A stretch of DNA of 64,000 bases. Origin: Octopus vulgaris (lineage: Eukaryota). Shown piece by piece: positions 14,790 through 28,905 of the stretch. The number at the start of each line of letters is the position of its first letter. The stretch's first letter is position 1. Below the pieces are notes generated by a model. That model was not told the origin of the DNA, did no database searches, and was given only the letters and a program-made list of their open reading frames with translations. A program made the position numbers and the translations under genes. The DNA lies in the NCBI GenBank assembly GCA_951406725.2, contig OX597827.1, positions 50,344,001-50,408,000 of the forward strand, read 5' to 3'.

Positions 14790-15221
14790 ATTGAAGTCAG
14801 AACCATGAACTCGGGTGGTTCGAGTTCCCACCGCCAATCTCCGACTTCGCCTGTCTCTGTGGCCCCTTTTATCCGTCCTTCTGCAACGGTGCTTGCGGTG
14901 GTTTGGCCATGCATGTAGGCGTCCGGTGGGTGAACTGAGCCGTGATGTCCTTCTCCCAACTCCACTTCCCAACTGGCGGAAACGCGCAGGTGGGCAGCTG
15001 AAGACCTGGGTTACCACGATCAAGGAGGACCTCTCCGTGATCACGGGACCGCAGGTGGTCGGCCTGCGCCGATGGAACCGTGACTGGCCCACTATCTCCA
15101 GGGAACTGGCGCAGGACTGTCGTGCGTGGGCTGCCATGGTTCGAGATGCCTCGAGGGTGGTAGAAGAAGCCTACTCAACCCGCCCAGGGTGAATGTCACC
15201 AAAATTACAAGTACAAGTACA
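14790..15221 (+). mobile_element. 3' fragment of RTE-clade LINE with (GTACAA)n tail
   Basis: LRWFGHACRRP...RKRAGGQLKTW...LAQDCRAWAAMVRDA...STRPG-stop, then tacaagtacaagtaca. Confidence 0.88.
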
Positions 15222-15845
15222 TGAAAGGGTGACTCCGGAAAGATTTGAACTCAGATGGCAAAGGGGTATTACTAAGACAATTAATTCACTGTTGTGCCGA
15301 TTCTGCCAATCCACTCTAATCACCGCTTTATATATTTAATTAAAATACCAATCATCTAAGTTGTTCGTAGACTCTGAATTTACAGAATTATACAGTGTTC
15401 ATAATAAAACTTATTGTAGAATAGCCCTATGTTAAGTAAGACTCTTTTAATTATGCTGAATTGACACCGTTGGTCCAGAGGGTAGGTTCTTGTACAGAAT
15501 ATTTTATCAGAACTTAGTTCTTGATCAATTCGATTTTAAATTTCCAGCCTACTCCGACTGTTGATCCAAAATTAATATACAGACCTCAGTTCTACATTGA
15601 TCTCAATAAAATAAAATATTTATTATCACAAACAGCACAGATTATCCCAATATAATTTCGAACGATTCTATTTCTCTTACCATCTTCGTTGAAAATCCTA
15701 TGTTTATGTAGTTAAATCAATGCTAACAAATAAGAGATGTATTTTATTATATTCAATTAGCAAACTGCTTGCTCGATATAAGCGCTTCTTTTAAAATCGT
15801 CACGTAAGTTTCAACAACTTATACTATCACTCTCTTTTTCACTCC

Positions 15846-15883
<38 letters not shown>

Positions 15884-15913
15884 ATATAATATGTCACAAT
15901 TATTCGGTTGCCA

Positions 15914-15976
15914 TAATAAAACTCTGAGTTTCAGATGTCGAGGAGGACATCTGCTCCAGCATCTCGTCAGTTATTA
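15914..15976 (-). ncRNA. Type I hammerhead ribozyme motif (family B)
   Basis: TAATAA-CTGACGA-GATG..CATC-T-GAAA-CTC A GAG-TT-TTATTA; 6-bp stem I, conserved core bases present. Confidence 0.75.
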
Positions 15977-16472
15977 AGACAAGCAAAAATGCTATTAGAA
16001 TGACCGTTAAATAAAGGGAAAAAATTTGAAGGGGAGAAAGTAAAAAACGCTCATAGAATTCGCGTATGCGCGCATGTACATACATACACATGCGTGCACG
16101 CACACTCACATACATGTGCATATATGCATATGCCCATTCACACTCGCGTTAAACACATACATGCACACACACCCCCACACACACCTCTATATGTGCATAT
16201 ATATAAAGAACCTGCATTTTATATTGTGTCCACGTACAAGCATTTTATCTCTCTGTATTTTGTTTTACATATTTTTATATATTTTTATTGCTTTATATAC
16301 TTTTACATATTTTTTTCTGTATATTACCTTTCGGCCTGCTTTTGTTTGTGCATGTGCGTATATAGACGTGTATATGAACATATTTGTGCGAGTATGGTTA
16401 TATATACGAGTGTGCGTGTATGCGGGTATGTATATGTGTTCATGTGCATGGTTGCATATATATGTATACATA

Positions 16473-16508
<36 letters not shown>

Positions 16509-16882
16509 TGTGCATATGTGTGTTTCATGCGAGTGTGAGTGAACATATGCATATATAGCATATGCGTATTTAGACGTGTAGATGAATATATTTGTGCGCC
16601 TATCGATATGTGTACGTGTGTGCGTGTGTGCGGATATGTATATGTGTACATGTGTATGGTTGCATATATAGAGGTGTGTGTGTGGGTGTGCACGTATGTG
16701 TTTCACGCGAGTGTGAGGGAGCATATACATATATGCACATGTACCTGGGTGTGCATGCGCGCATGTGTATGTATGTAAGTACATGTGCGCATACGCGAAT
16801 TCTATGTGCATTTATTATTTTTTCCCCTTCGGGTCTTTTCCCTTTATTTAACGGTCATTTTTCCTAGCATTTTTGTTTGTCT

Positions 16883-16945
16883 TAGTAACTGAAGAGATGC
16901 CGGAGCAGATTTCCGCTCCGACATCCGAAACTCGGAGTTTTATTA
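16883..16945 (+). ncRNA. Type I hammerhead ribozyme motif (family B)
   Basis: TAGTAA-CTGAAGA-GATG(cggagc..gctccg)CATC-C-GAAA-CTC G GAG-TT-TTATTA. Confidence 0.75.
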
Positions 16946-17228
16946 TGGCAACCGAATAATTTTCACATATTATATTACAGATAAATTCCTCTATCTACAT
17001 AATATCGAGGTCTCATTCATTTATTGTCATACTATTACTATTAATACATACATATATATATATATATGCATACCGGAGTAAACACATAAATGTGAAACAA
17101 GGTGTAAAAAAAGAGTACTCAAATACCAGTGGTAGAGTAATATGCTTTACTTAAAGCAGCGGAAAATTCAACAAAACGTGTTACTCTGAGTTTCATGTTC
17201 AACAGGTTTTGGTGAATTTTCCGCTGCT

Positions 17229-17329
<101 letters not shown>

Positions 17330-17330
17330 C

Positions 17331-17411
<81 letters not shown>

Positions 17412-17422
17412 ATATATATACA

Positions 17423-17976
<554 letters not shown>

Positions 17977-18000
17977 GTATATATACGTGTATATATATAG

Positions 18001-18341
18001 TGAAGGCGCATGGCTCAGTGGTTAGAGCGTCGAGCTTACGATCGTGAGGTTGTGAGCTCGAATCCCGGACCGGGCTGCGTGTTGTGTTCTTGAGCAAGGC
18101 ACTTTATTTCACGTTGCTCCAGTTCACTCAGCTGTAGAAATGAGTTGCGACGTCACTGGTGCCAAGCTGTATCAGTCTTTCCCTTGGATAACATCAGTGG
18201 CGTGGTGAGGAGAGGCTGGTATGCATGGGTGACTGCTTGCTCGTCTTCCATAAACAACATTGCCCGGACTTGTGTCTAGGAGGGTAACTTTCTAGGTGCA
18301 ATCCCATGGTCATTCATGACCGAAGGGGGTCTTTACCCTTT
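18001..18341 (+). mobile_element. tRNA-derived SINE (third family)
   Basis: TGGCTCAGTGG A box, GCTCGAATCC B-like box, ttgagcaaggcacttt body, flanked by (TA)n. Confidence 0.85.
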
Positions 18342-18387
<46 letters not shown>

Positions 18388-19194
18388 ATATCTCTGCCGA
18401 AGAATACGAATCTCAGAAGATGCTCAGATAAGAAGTTTCGTCTTTTCAACCTGTTTCTGCGCAGATCATAAACCCCTTATAAGTTCTTTTCATTATTCTG
18501 TCTATTTCATTACCCTGTCATCATGTAAATATAGTTTCTATAGTTTTGTCTTCTTCGTTGTTCCCTTAAGATAACCTTAGTTCACACATTTCCTTAACTG
18601 CAACATATTCATTCATTCATCTATTAAAGTTTATCATACAGTCACTTATTTCTCTAATTTTGTCTTAGATTGGCTGACCTAAATCTCTCAGATTTTTCAA
18701 TTCTATTTTACTCTTACCAATATTTGCTGTCACGTTAAATTATGCTAAACAAATTCCAAAAGAATATTGTTCTCCATCGTGTTCTGACCACTACCCTCCC
18801 CCTCTCTCTCTGGTTCACTCTGTCTCCCTCTCTCTCTCTCTCTCTCTTTTGGCCTCACTCTGTCTCTGTTTGTCTCTGTCTGTCTGTCTGTTTCTCTTTC
18901 GATTACCACTCGCTTCGCCAAGACTTCCTCCACTACCACCACCACGACCTTTGTCATCCTTTGGTTTTCTCTCATGAACACTTCTAAAGGCTTAACGCCA
19001 TCCCCACCCCTACTTAGGGTTTATCGCCTATGCAAGGTAGTGATCATATAGTGCAAACATATGATAGTGTAGTGTATGCAGGTTGAACTTAAGGCTCTTA
19101 TTTGTTTATGAATTCTGCCAAATGCGAGCTTTCTTTTCATGTACATGACGCTGCTGTCCCCCGTCCCAGGGTATCACGGACCTATATCTCCTAT

Positions 19195-19388
19195 TCACAG
19201 GGTTGGCACTCTCAACGTCGGCACATGGAAAGGTAGGTCTGGTGAGATTGTTGAGATGCTTGAACGAAGATGTGTCGATATGTGCTGCATCCAATAATTA
19301 AGGTGGAGATGAGGTTCCGCTAGGTTCCTCACAGGCAAAGAACACGGGTAAAAGATTTTCTGGGCAGGGAACACTGACGAGGTCGGAC
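19195..19388 (+). mobile_element. RTE LINE endonuclease N-terminal fragment
   Basis: RVGTLNVGTWKGRSGEIVEMLERRCVDMCCIQ*LRWR*GSARFL...KIFWAG. Confidence 0.8.
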
Positions 19389-19539
19389 ACAATATCTTCT
19401 ATCAACAACATCACGATATTGGATACTGTGCGATGTCTTAAATAATAATAACAACGACAATAACACCAGCTGCAGCATCAGTGAAACATTTTTGTCCTCG
19501 AAAAGACATGCTGAACCCTTTTGAACAAGTCCGTGCTCT

Positions 19540-19720
19540 AATCAAAGGAGAAAATAAAAATCGTGAATTAGAAATCAGCAGGTAATGAGATATGAAAATA
19601 TAAACGGCACATATATTATTTGAAGCAGTGGGTGTTATAAAAACGGGTATGAACAAAACAAAAAGCATAAAAATCATAGAAGGACTTACAAATTTACGTG
19701 CAACTCAAGGAAAACAATAT
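19540..19720 (+). mobile_element. Decayed R4/Dong RLE fragment
   Basis: ELEISR..DMK...AVGVIKTG resembles LIEIEKMWHLK...GALGMIKKG of the 7193 ORF. Confidence 0.5.
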
Positions 19721-20547
19721 CTAATAGTCACAGTTCACATAACCAGCCCAATTCTATAGTACAGTTCTCACATGCAGTTTCTACATTATTCACATAACAC
19801 ATCCATTACACAATAACCTCAAAATAACAACACAAACATTACAATGCATTCTGTACAAAATCAGTACTTAAAGTATCACATCACAATGTATCACTTTCAA
19901 GCTACTATAATAACAATTAAAATGAATGAACCTCTATGATATGATTTGTTCATTTTGTAAACAACTATCTCTGACAGTTAAATCGACTAGCTTCTTTGGT
20001 TTTCATCAGTTGTAATACTTGCAATCATCGCTATGGACCATGGACTACGATCTGAATGATTCTATATAGTGCTAAAAGTTGTTGAGGCTTCACCCACCTT
20101 TAAACATTGGGTGTTTATCTTTACACAATATCATATTACACTCAAAAGAACTAGTCCTTCTTGTCTGGAACTTTTCGTGTGTTCGGAGTATTTAGAAATT
20201 ATTTCTAAATATACATCAGATGATCACGATTGTAACTACATTAGAAATTATTTCATTCAGCTGTCAAATGAAGTTCGCATACTGACACAAGCTCACCACT
20301 CGCAAATACGACATCTGTTGATGAATATAGAAAATCTCTTCTTTAACTCAATTTGGACTGTTACTTGATGAAAAGTTCACACTGGGAAAGACGAAAATAT
20401 TTCATAACCAGAAACACTTCTCCCAGATATCGCAAAACAAAACCCTAATCAAAACACTGACCGTAATCAGACTTATGTCTTCCATCGAAGTGGCAAAAGA
20501 AAACTTTTTGGAAACTAAAATACACCACATATCTTACATTACTTAGA

Positions 20548-20689
20548 TAGTTTACATTTAACGGATATTTGTCCTCATCTTGTTTGTTGTTAACACAACG
20601 TTTCAGCTGATATACTCTCCAGCCTTCAGCCGGTGTCTTGGGGAAATTTCGAAGCTGGGTTCTCATTCCTAAGGTATATTTTGATCTTG

Positions 20690-20771
<82 letters not shown>

Positions 20772-20906
20772 CATCAAGACACCTGATAAAGGCTGGAGGG
20801 TATATCAGCCGAAATGTTGGGTTAACAAACAAGATGAGGACAAATATCCGTCAAATGTAAATTATGTAAATAATGTACATAATTCCTCATCTCTCAAATA
20901 TAGAAC
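20548..20906. mobile_element. Divergent inverted pair of family-A HHR terminal repeats around (TTA)n
   Basis: Minus copy 20548-20680 and plus copy 20775-20906, both homologous to 9890-10060 and 47955-48105. Confidence 0.85.
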
Positions 20907-22194
20907 TTACCACATATCTTGTACAGCAGCGTTCTGCTGGTATTTTCCGCCATGTATTTCCATCGAATACCTCTCCAGCGATGTTACCTTGTTATAAAAA
21001 AAGTAGTATTTTAATTACTATAGATACATTAAATTAAAATTTTTAATAAGCTGTTCGATGCTATAATATGTAGATAATTATGTATCTTTCCGAAATTTAT
21101 AATTGCTGTATCCTGTTATTTACTTCTGAAAGTAATATGGTTTCATAATTTTAATCATATATGCAAAATTGTTTTAAAATTAATCATAATTTCACAGAGA
21201 AAAGAAATCAGAGATATCATTCATATGAAAAATAGTACATATTGTTTTTCAGGCGCATAGCTTTTCCGAATGATTTACTCAGGCTGTTCTATTTTGATAT
21301 ATCAAACTAAGTGTAATCTTGGATATTTACCGAGAGGTTATTTTATTACTATTTTCGTGGAAACTTAATTTCTCTGAAGAGTCCAGAATACGACAGGAAC
21401 GTGTCTAGTATAATTTCTAGTTGTCGCTAGAAAAATGAAGTACTTTTAGTAATTGACTAATATTGTTTTTTTTTTACTGCATAATTATATCTGTTTGGCT
21501 TTTAATAGCTCTATTATATGTGTCTTCTAATTCAATGAACAATTTTAAATTTCACGATTCGCCCAGTTATTATCATATGGTAACAAGAACTGGGGAAGAA
21601 AAAGCGGTTTCAAGGGCTTCTATATGATATAAAGGGAAAAGAATACCATATGTTTAGAATAGCAAGTTCGAAGCTTCGATTAACCAAGATTATCTTTGCA
21701 ATTAGAACATTAAAGTCCCTCAGAGGCTGTTATATATCTAAAAACAAGAAAAGGAAGTAATGCTTTTCATTTGTAGACTGTTTACCGATCCAATATGACA
21801 TGAAACAATGCATTTTGCGAGCAAACCATTCGTTTGGATTCGTAACTGAAGCTTATTGAATGCAAGAATTAAGTTCTAACTTCTTTTCTCGCGCCTGAAA
21901 TATAGTAACCTTGCACCCCATCCAAAGAGTTCTATAATTCATGAAAACCTCTTCAATTCGCATTTTGCATTTTACATTCTGATAGAATATTATTTTGAAA
22001 TTCATCAAAGTGTCTCTATATTGTTTTCTTTTTAGTATCTTTAAACCTTTGGACACAAAATATTGTAAGTCTGTATGCCATATCCTACATTATAATGCTT
22101 ATTTTTTAATCGAGTCAGCGTGATATTGTGTTTGTTTCAATGGATATTGTTAAAAAACAGTTCTATACGGAATTCTTTTAATTAAATAGATAAA

Positions 22195-23409
22195 TACAGG
22201 ATGTCTAAAAAAAATCAAGAAAAACTGGTTCAAATTTGAATATTATATTTGTTGTAAAGCATATGCTGCTAAAAATAGTACTCCCCATAGTGAACAGAGC
22301 AATAAATTGCTTCCTGGAACAAACTTTCCAGTAATTGCGACGTTTTGAACTACATCAGTAATAAGATTTAGAAGTTCTGCTACATCTCTCTAATTCTTCT
22401 ACTGATGTACACCATAGATTTAATGAACCTCCAAGCGAAAATATCTAATTGTGCTAAATCGGGTGAGTATGCTGCCCATGGTTGTGCTTCCGCACGATCA
22501 GTCCAGTGATGAAGGAAGCATCTCTCAATGTAATTATGTACGATCTTTGCAAAATGGCACGGTGTTCAATCCTGTTCAAAAATTACTGTTAAGAATGCCA
22601 TCTGCAAGAAGATGAGGCTCAAGGATTTTTGAAACATTTCAAGACACACAGTTCCCGTGACCGTAGTCCCTGTAAAGAAGAAAGGCCCATACAGCTTTGA
22701 CTTAGTCATACCACGCCAAACATCCACTTTAGGGGTATCTCGTTACCATTCAAGAAATTCAGTCGGCTTCTCGTTTCCCCAAATGTAACAGTTATGACGA
22801 TTAACCTTTCTACATGTGTGTAAGGTTACTTCATCACTGAACAGACCTTTGTTGATTAAATTAGCACTTTCAATTTGATCAATAAGCTCAGCGCATATCG
22901 CTGATCTGCGTTGATAATCCTCGTGTATGTCCAGAAAATTTATTTTTGTTCACAGAATCTTGCGAAGATCACTTCGTAAGATTCTGTGGATTGGTGCACG
23001 TGGAATTTCCAACATGTTAACGGCTCTCGTGTTGATGATTGCGGATCCTGTTCAGTTTTTTCTCCAGGTTTTTTGGACATCCAACTCTAATGTTATCTTG
23101 TGCAGATACAGTTTTCTAAAATTTTATTCACAACTCACGAATAATTAATTTGTCAGTTGGACCTCTCGTATGAAACTTCGTCTCAAATTTACTTTGTATT
23201 TCAGGCTTAGTATCTTCCATATTACCATAAACAGCCGTTCTTTCATATTGATCATTAGTTATTTGGACGTGAAAAAAAAATTACAACATATACCAATTAA
23301 CATTATGTAAAAACACAAATTTGCATTAGTGATGATTATCCTTATAACAGTATTATAATGTTTTAAAAATCGAATCTCACTGAAATAGTGACTTTTGAGA
23401 CGCCTTGTA
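22195..23409 (-). mobile_element. Degenerate Tc1/mariner-superfamily transposon (rosa/DD41D-like)
   Basis: FSDEVTLH..KVNRHNCYIWGNEKP, PKVDVW..LYGPFFF, EQD*TPCH, WAAYSPDLAQLDIFAW; imperfect TIRs tacaggatgtct / tacaaggcgtct with TA. Confidence 0.8.
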
Positions 23410-23504
23410 CTTAATAAATTCATTGCTGAAATTATACATACTATCCTTCAGCGATTCTTCCCATATTTGTCTTATATTTTCTTCTTTTGCTCTCAGTCAT
23501 TTGT

Positions 23505-23550
<46 letters not shown>

Positions 23551-23914
23551 TTCTCCTTTTCCCCCTTTTTCTAGTTCCCTTCCTCTTTTATTTTTTCTCT
23601 CTATTCTATAATATATAATTATCACCCTTTTCTCTTTTACCGAGCGATATTTGTTTATATTAGTACTGGTAGCCATATTTCAGCAATAGTACGGGTATCC
23701 TCACAGCAAAATTATATAACCGACACAAGGTGATTCACGAATTATTTAAGAAGGACAAGCGATTATCCTCGAGCTAGCTCTCATAAAATGGAAGGCCGAC
23801 TTTCAAACGGTAGCAGGCAATTTGCTACATGCTATTAAATTGTCACCATGACGACAAAATACCAAATCATTTTTAATATCAATTTGTTACATTGCCACAT
23901 GGTCACACATTTAC

Positions 23915-24295
23915 AGGGAAAGGCTTTAATTGAATGAAGCGACTACCAGTAAATAAAGGCAACTATATTGTCAATTCCAGAAAGATGAAAGGTGGAGCTG
24001 ACCCCATAGGATTTGAACTCAGAATGTTCTAGAACAAAGTTAAATACTGAATGGCATTTTGTCTAGTGTTCTATCGATTCTAGCAGCTACAGTTCTTCAA
24101 ATTAGAATATTGATTCCTAATTTTGGCAGAAAGCCACAAATTTATTGTTTATTGCAATTGACCTATATGGTACTTGGTTTAGCGAAGCCCAAGAGTATAA
24201 AAAGCAAATTCAACAATCGGATCTTAAATTAGAACGTTAAGAGACGAAACTAAATATCACAAAGAATATGAAATAGTACTCTACTGTTAGTACGG
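23915..24295 (-). mobile_element. Two decayed CORE-type SINE copies in tandem
   Basis: gaaagatgaaagg...ggatttgaactcagaa motifs, reverse-complement homologues of 59432-59885. Confidence 0.55.
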
Positions 24296-25181
24296 CTTTT
24301 ATGTTACTTTATGATCCTTGAAAATTGTATACTTGTTACAAATTGTTAGCGTCCTAAGGCATTATCACTATATTGTATAATCTACAACGCATAAGTACTT
24401 ACTATTTCACTAACTATTTCGATCACTAACTTGTAAAACAAATGTTTCTTGTGAAAATAATTGCATTTGTTGTACTTCAGCTAGAAGATCAGCTGCTCTG
24501 TGCAACTATAGTGATACTAGCACAATTTCTATCATATGGTTAGCAGTAGTATCAATAAGGATATTTTCACACTAGTCTTACTACATTTTACTTGCTAAAA
24601 CTCGTCAGATCGACTACCAGATCGATATTTGTAACGAAACAAGAGAAACCTATGAGAAATTAGATACTATCCTTCAGCGATTCTTCCTGTACTTGCCTTC
24701 TTTTTCTGTCTTTTTACTTTGCTCTTTCTATTAGTTTCTCAGTATTCTATTTTCTTTTACCTATGTTTATTTATTTTTTCTTCTCATTTGACATTTTCAC
24801 GTTCTGCTTTCTATTCCTTTTATTTTATTTCATGCTAATTCATAGAAATATTTGATTTAGAAAGAGGTTTGATTTCTTCGTACTCTCCGTAATCTGGTCT
24901 TGCGTAAACTAGAAATATTTAATTTTTTCTAATTTAGTCTAACACAAGAAACACCCAATTATTTGTTTCTAACATTCACAAAATAAAGAAATTGTATATT
25001 TCTAAGAAAATAGTATAAGGAAATATTGATTGTTGACAAGCAGACTAAACATTGCATTTTTTAACGTAGGATGAATTGAACATCATGACAATTATATATT
25101 ATCTAAAGTGGTGTGAAATAACTGAAACAAGGAACTAGAAGTGCGAGGCATAATTCAGCTAGCAGAATGATTTCACTCCAC

Positions 25182-25234
<53 letters not shown>

Positions 25235-25879
25235 CTTGTATCATTTATTTGTTTCATTCATTGGACCGCGGCCGTAATGAGGCATCGTGTTTAAGGGTTT
25301 AGTCAAACATTTCGACCTCATTACTTATTATTTTAAAGTGTGGTTCTTGTTCTATCCAGAACTTAGAACAGCCAGAATATATGTATATTATATTCCTGGG
25401 TATGTCTTTAAACTGCATCCATTAGTGGGGACCATGGTTCGGGTGTTTCAGGGTTTTGAGGTATGTGGAACAGCAGTTTTCCACTATTGTTCTCAGGTCT
25501 ACTTTAAATAGTAACAACTGCCAAGCTCCCACTTCTAGGTTAACAAGCATATGTGATGACAGTCCATCTGAGTGCAGGAACCCACAAAGGGTCAGGGCCC
25601 TAAATAAAAGAACCAGAACTCCTAGCTATTGTCACAGCATTCTTCTATGGGAGGAACAATCTGATGTATAGCCTGAAGTTGCGCGTGATTACTGGCGATC
25701 CCACTTCGGCTTGTCACCAGGTACTGATCACAGAGACTTACAGTGTGGTACTCGTGTTGCACAAGCGTTTATCACTATATTCCAATGATGTACAGCTCTC
25801 TCTTTATGGTGACATCATTTGTCATGCCATGAACTGAAAATTCTATGACGGATAATGAGGAATCACAAAGAGACGGCAA

Positions 25880-28255
25880 TACAGGCACACCTCACCCGAC
25901 GTCGTTAATTGGTTCCAGAAAACACGACCTAAGTCGATAAACGACTTAAGTCGAATTAACTTTTCTCTGGGCTAGGCTAGGCTAGGACGAATTTATTTGC
26001 CTCTAGTAAAAAAAAAATCTAAATTTACGAATACAATTTGGCGATGTTTACCATACATCGTAGACGCTTTATTTATGAATGCGGTTTGCAATAAGACATG
26101 GTAAAATGAAAGCCTTTTTTAAGCTTAAAAAACATTCAGTAATTATTATTATTTTGCAATAGTAAAAAAAATTACTTATTTTAAATTCACCAATACGTAC
26201 ATACAATTAGGTGGTTTACATCGCGAATGTAGATGGCTGTGGATCGTCGACATCAACAGCTGACTCTGGCTGTTCTTGTTGTTCGATGCGCTTAAAAAAC
26301 TGGTTGAGAGTTTAAGGAGCAAAAGCTTCGTGACAAGGCCCCATAATATTGGAAAAGCGTTGAACATTTGGATCGGTATCCTCGAACATAGAAATACCTT
26401 TTTCGATAAATGCAAATGCTTGTTATTATAGTAACATGGCTCAGGTTCGAACTCCTCTTCTTCTTTATTTTGTTGCTCGTGAAGCTCTATCAAATTCTCG
26501 TTCGTAAGGGGCTGCTGCTTGTCTTTTTCAAATAAATATGTGAAATCCTCCTCATCCAAATCCGCTTCCATTACCGTTTTGTTGATTGCAACATTATCAA
26601 ACTCCTTAAAATCATTCACGAATTGCAGGCGTAGCTTCTTCCATACACCATTCATAGCCATGCTCTGTACATCATTCCATGCCGCTGCTATATTCTGTTC
26701 AGCCTTGTAGGTATCGTATCTCTTCCACAAGCCACGAAGTGTAATGGATTACTCAAGATCAGTTGCTGGTATTGCTTGCTGCAGCGTACGCTTCATATAG
26801 TAACGCTTGAAGATAGCAATTATTCCCTGCTCCAATGGATGCAGAAGAGATGTGGTGTTCGGAGGGAGGTATAGGACGGTAACGTTGGGTAAAAATCTAT
26901 GGTGTTTTGCGGGTGGCCAGGAGCATTATCTAAGATAAGTAAAACCTTAAAAGGAATCTCCTTCTCCTTACAGAACTTCTCTGCTGCTGGGATAACATGA
27001 TTGAAAAACCAATTTTCAAAAATAACAACATTAACCCATGCTTTTGAATTAGCCATCCATATAACGGAGAGAGACGCCTTGGGTATATTCTTCGGGGCAC
27101 GGGGGTTGATCGCGTGATACACAAGCAATGGCTTTAAGTTAAAATCTTCTGCACAATTACCTCCCAACATAACAGTCATACGTTCTTTTGTGATCTTGTA
27201 GCCTGGGATAGTTTTCTCCTCCTTGGAAATGACCGAACGGTCAGTCAATTTTTTCCAGTACAATCCAGTTTCGTCTACGTTAAAAATCTGTTCGGGAAGA
27301 AGCCCGTTTTCTTCGATGATTTTCTTTAATGCTGCTGCTTGTTCTTCAGCTGATGCACTTCTTAATGGAGTGATAACTTCTTCGCTTCTTAAATCTCCTG
27401 AACAATCTTTGACTTGCCTTGAACTCTATATCTTTCACATCTGGATATTTTTTCCTCAGGTCCTCAAACAAAGACAACGCTTTGTCTTGAATGATTTCTT
27501 GACTAATAGTAGCGCGCTGGCGATTCAACCTAACAACCCAATGAGAAAGAAGACTCCATTTCTTTAAAGATTTTGCCTCTTTTCTTATTGATGACAGTGG
27601 CACTTCATCCCTGGGGCCTCGAATTTGATATGTGCTCAAATCTTGTCCTTATTATGTTCAATCGTAGATACGGTTGTCCGATTCATCCCAAAAGATTGTG
27701 CAATCGCTACCACATTTTCACCTTTTTCATGGCATTTTATCGTAGCCATTTCATCTTCCAGCGTTATAGTATGACGCTTAGCACTTTCCCTATAAATTTT
27801 CTTAGGAGCCGTAGGGGCAAAAACTAAAGTCACAAATGAATGAGAATGAGAAAGCAGCCGATACACAGACATAAACAAATATGAATTCAAAACAATCGTG
27901 GGAATCACGAGTGACAACGACGCCTAACGGTAGATATTGGAACTACAGTGCAATATGAGCTCCGAAAGACCGATAAGACAATACAGCTTATTTCATGATT
28001 TTGTTCACTAAGCTAGACTATTTTATGGTGTGTATCTTCACATTTACTGTACGTATTTTAATATGATTTTATATGCTTTTATTCTTATTTATTGTACAGT
28101 AACATGATTTTATGTGCTTTTGACGGTTTTCTAGTGATTTTACAGTTCCAATATCTGTGGCGGACAGAAGTAAAGTCGAGCAAAATGGCTTAACTTCATT
28201 TTTATTTTTCGATAACGATTTAAATCGAATCGATTGAAGCCGAAGTATGCCTGCA
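25880..28255 (-). mobile_element. Tigger/pogo-like DNA transposon with frameshifted transposase
   Basis: TIRs CAGGCAcACCTC / CAGGCATACtTC; CENP-B-type HTH (KRHTITLE, GMNRTTVSTI, FKASQ), IFNVDETGLYWK, KERMTVML, LLILDNAPGHP. Confidence 0.92.
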
Positions 28256-28294
28256 TTCAGTAAAGAATCAGCAAACACACACACACACACGCGC

Positions 28295-28336
<42 letters not shown>

Positions 28337-28350
28337 TATGAATATATCTA

Positions 28351-28397
<47 letters not shown>

Positions 28398-28400
<3 letters not shown>

Positions 28401-28561
28401 TACATGACGTCACTAACAGTAAACAACATGAAATACGAAAACAAATGAGTTCAATTCGCAAACAACGAGAGAAACAAATGGAAAACAGGACAAGTAACAT
28501 AAAGAACGACCCTCATCAGTTGTCGGCTGTCCATCTACTCCTCATTACGAGCATTTAACAG

Positions 28562-28565
<4 letters not shown>
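28398..28565 (-). repeat. Family E interspersed repeat
   Basis: Reverse-complement homologue of 11740-11875, inside (TA)n. Confidence 0.6.
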
Positions 28566-28636
<71 letters not shown>

Positions 28637-28813
28637 TGTCTAGGGAAAGTCATAACACATATACATGCACACGCACGCACACACATGTATATGTATGTAT
28701 ATATACATACATTCAGTAAAATCACGTGTTTATATTTAGAAATTGCGTATGTATATGAATGTTTCGTGTTCATGTCCTTTTGTATAATCTTAAATGTGAA
28801 TTGTGCGTGCGTG

Positions 28814-28854
<41 letters not shown>

Positions 28855-28861
28855 GTGTGTA

Positions 28862-28905
<44 letters not shown>

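Larger units (their letters stand above)
15885..17040. mobile_element. Inverted pair of family-B PLE terminal repeats around a ~200-bp tandem duplication
   Basis: 15885-16200 is the reverse complement of ~16660-16975; one HHR per arm; internal units ~16350-16555 and ~16558-16735 are homologous. Confidence 0.8.

Noticed and set aside
15681-15722. Minus-strand exon with good splice sites (tcttatttgttag / gtaaga)
   Set aside because: Stop codons in all three frames, so not supportable as coding
20069-20440. 99-aa ORF or possible MULE transposase remnant
   Set aside because: Only a vague motif resemblance; could not be supported by eye
26176-27917. TIGD/CENP-B domesticated gene
   Set aside because: Several frameshifts and retained TIRs indicate a dead transposon
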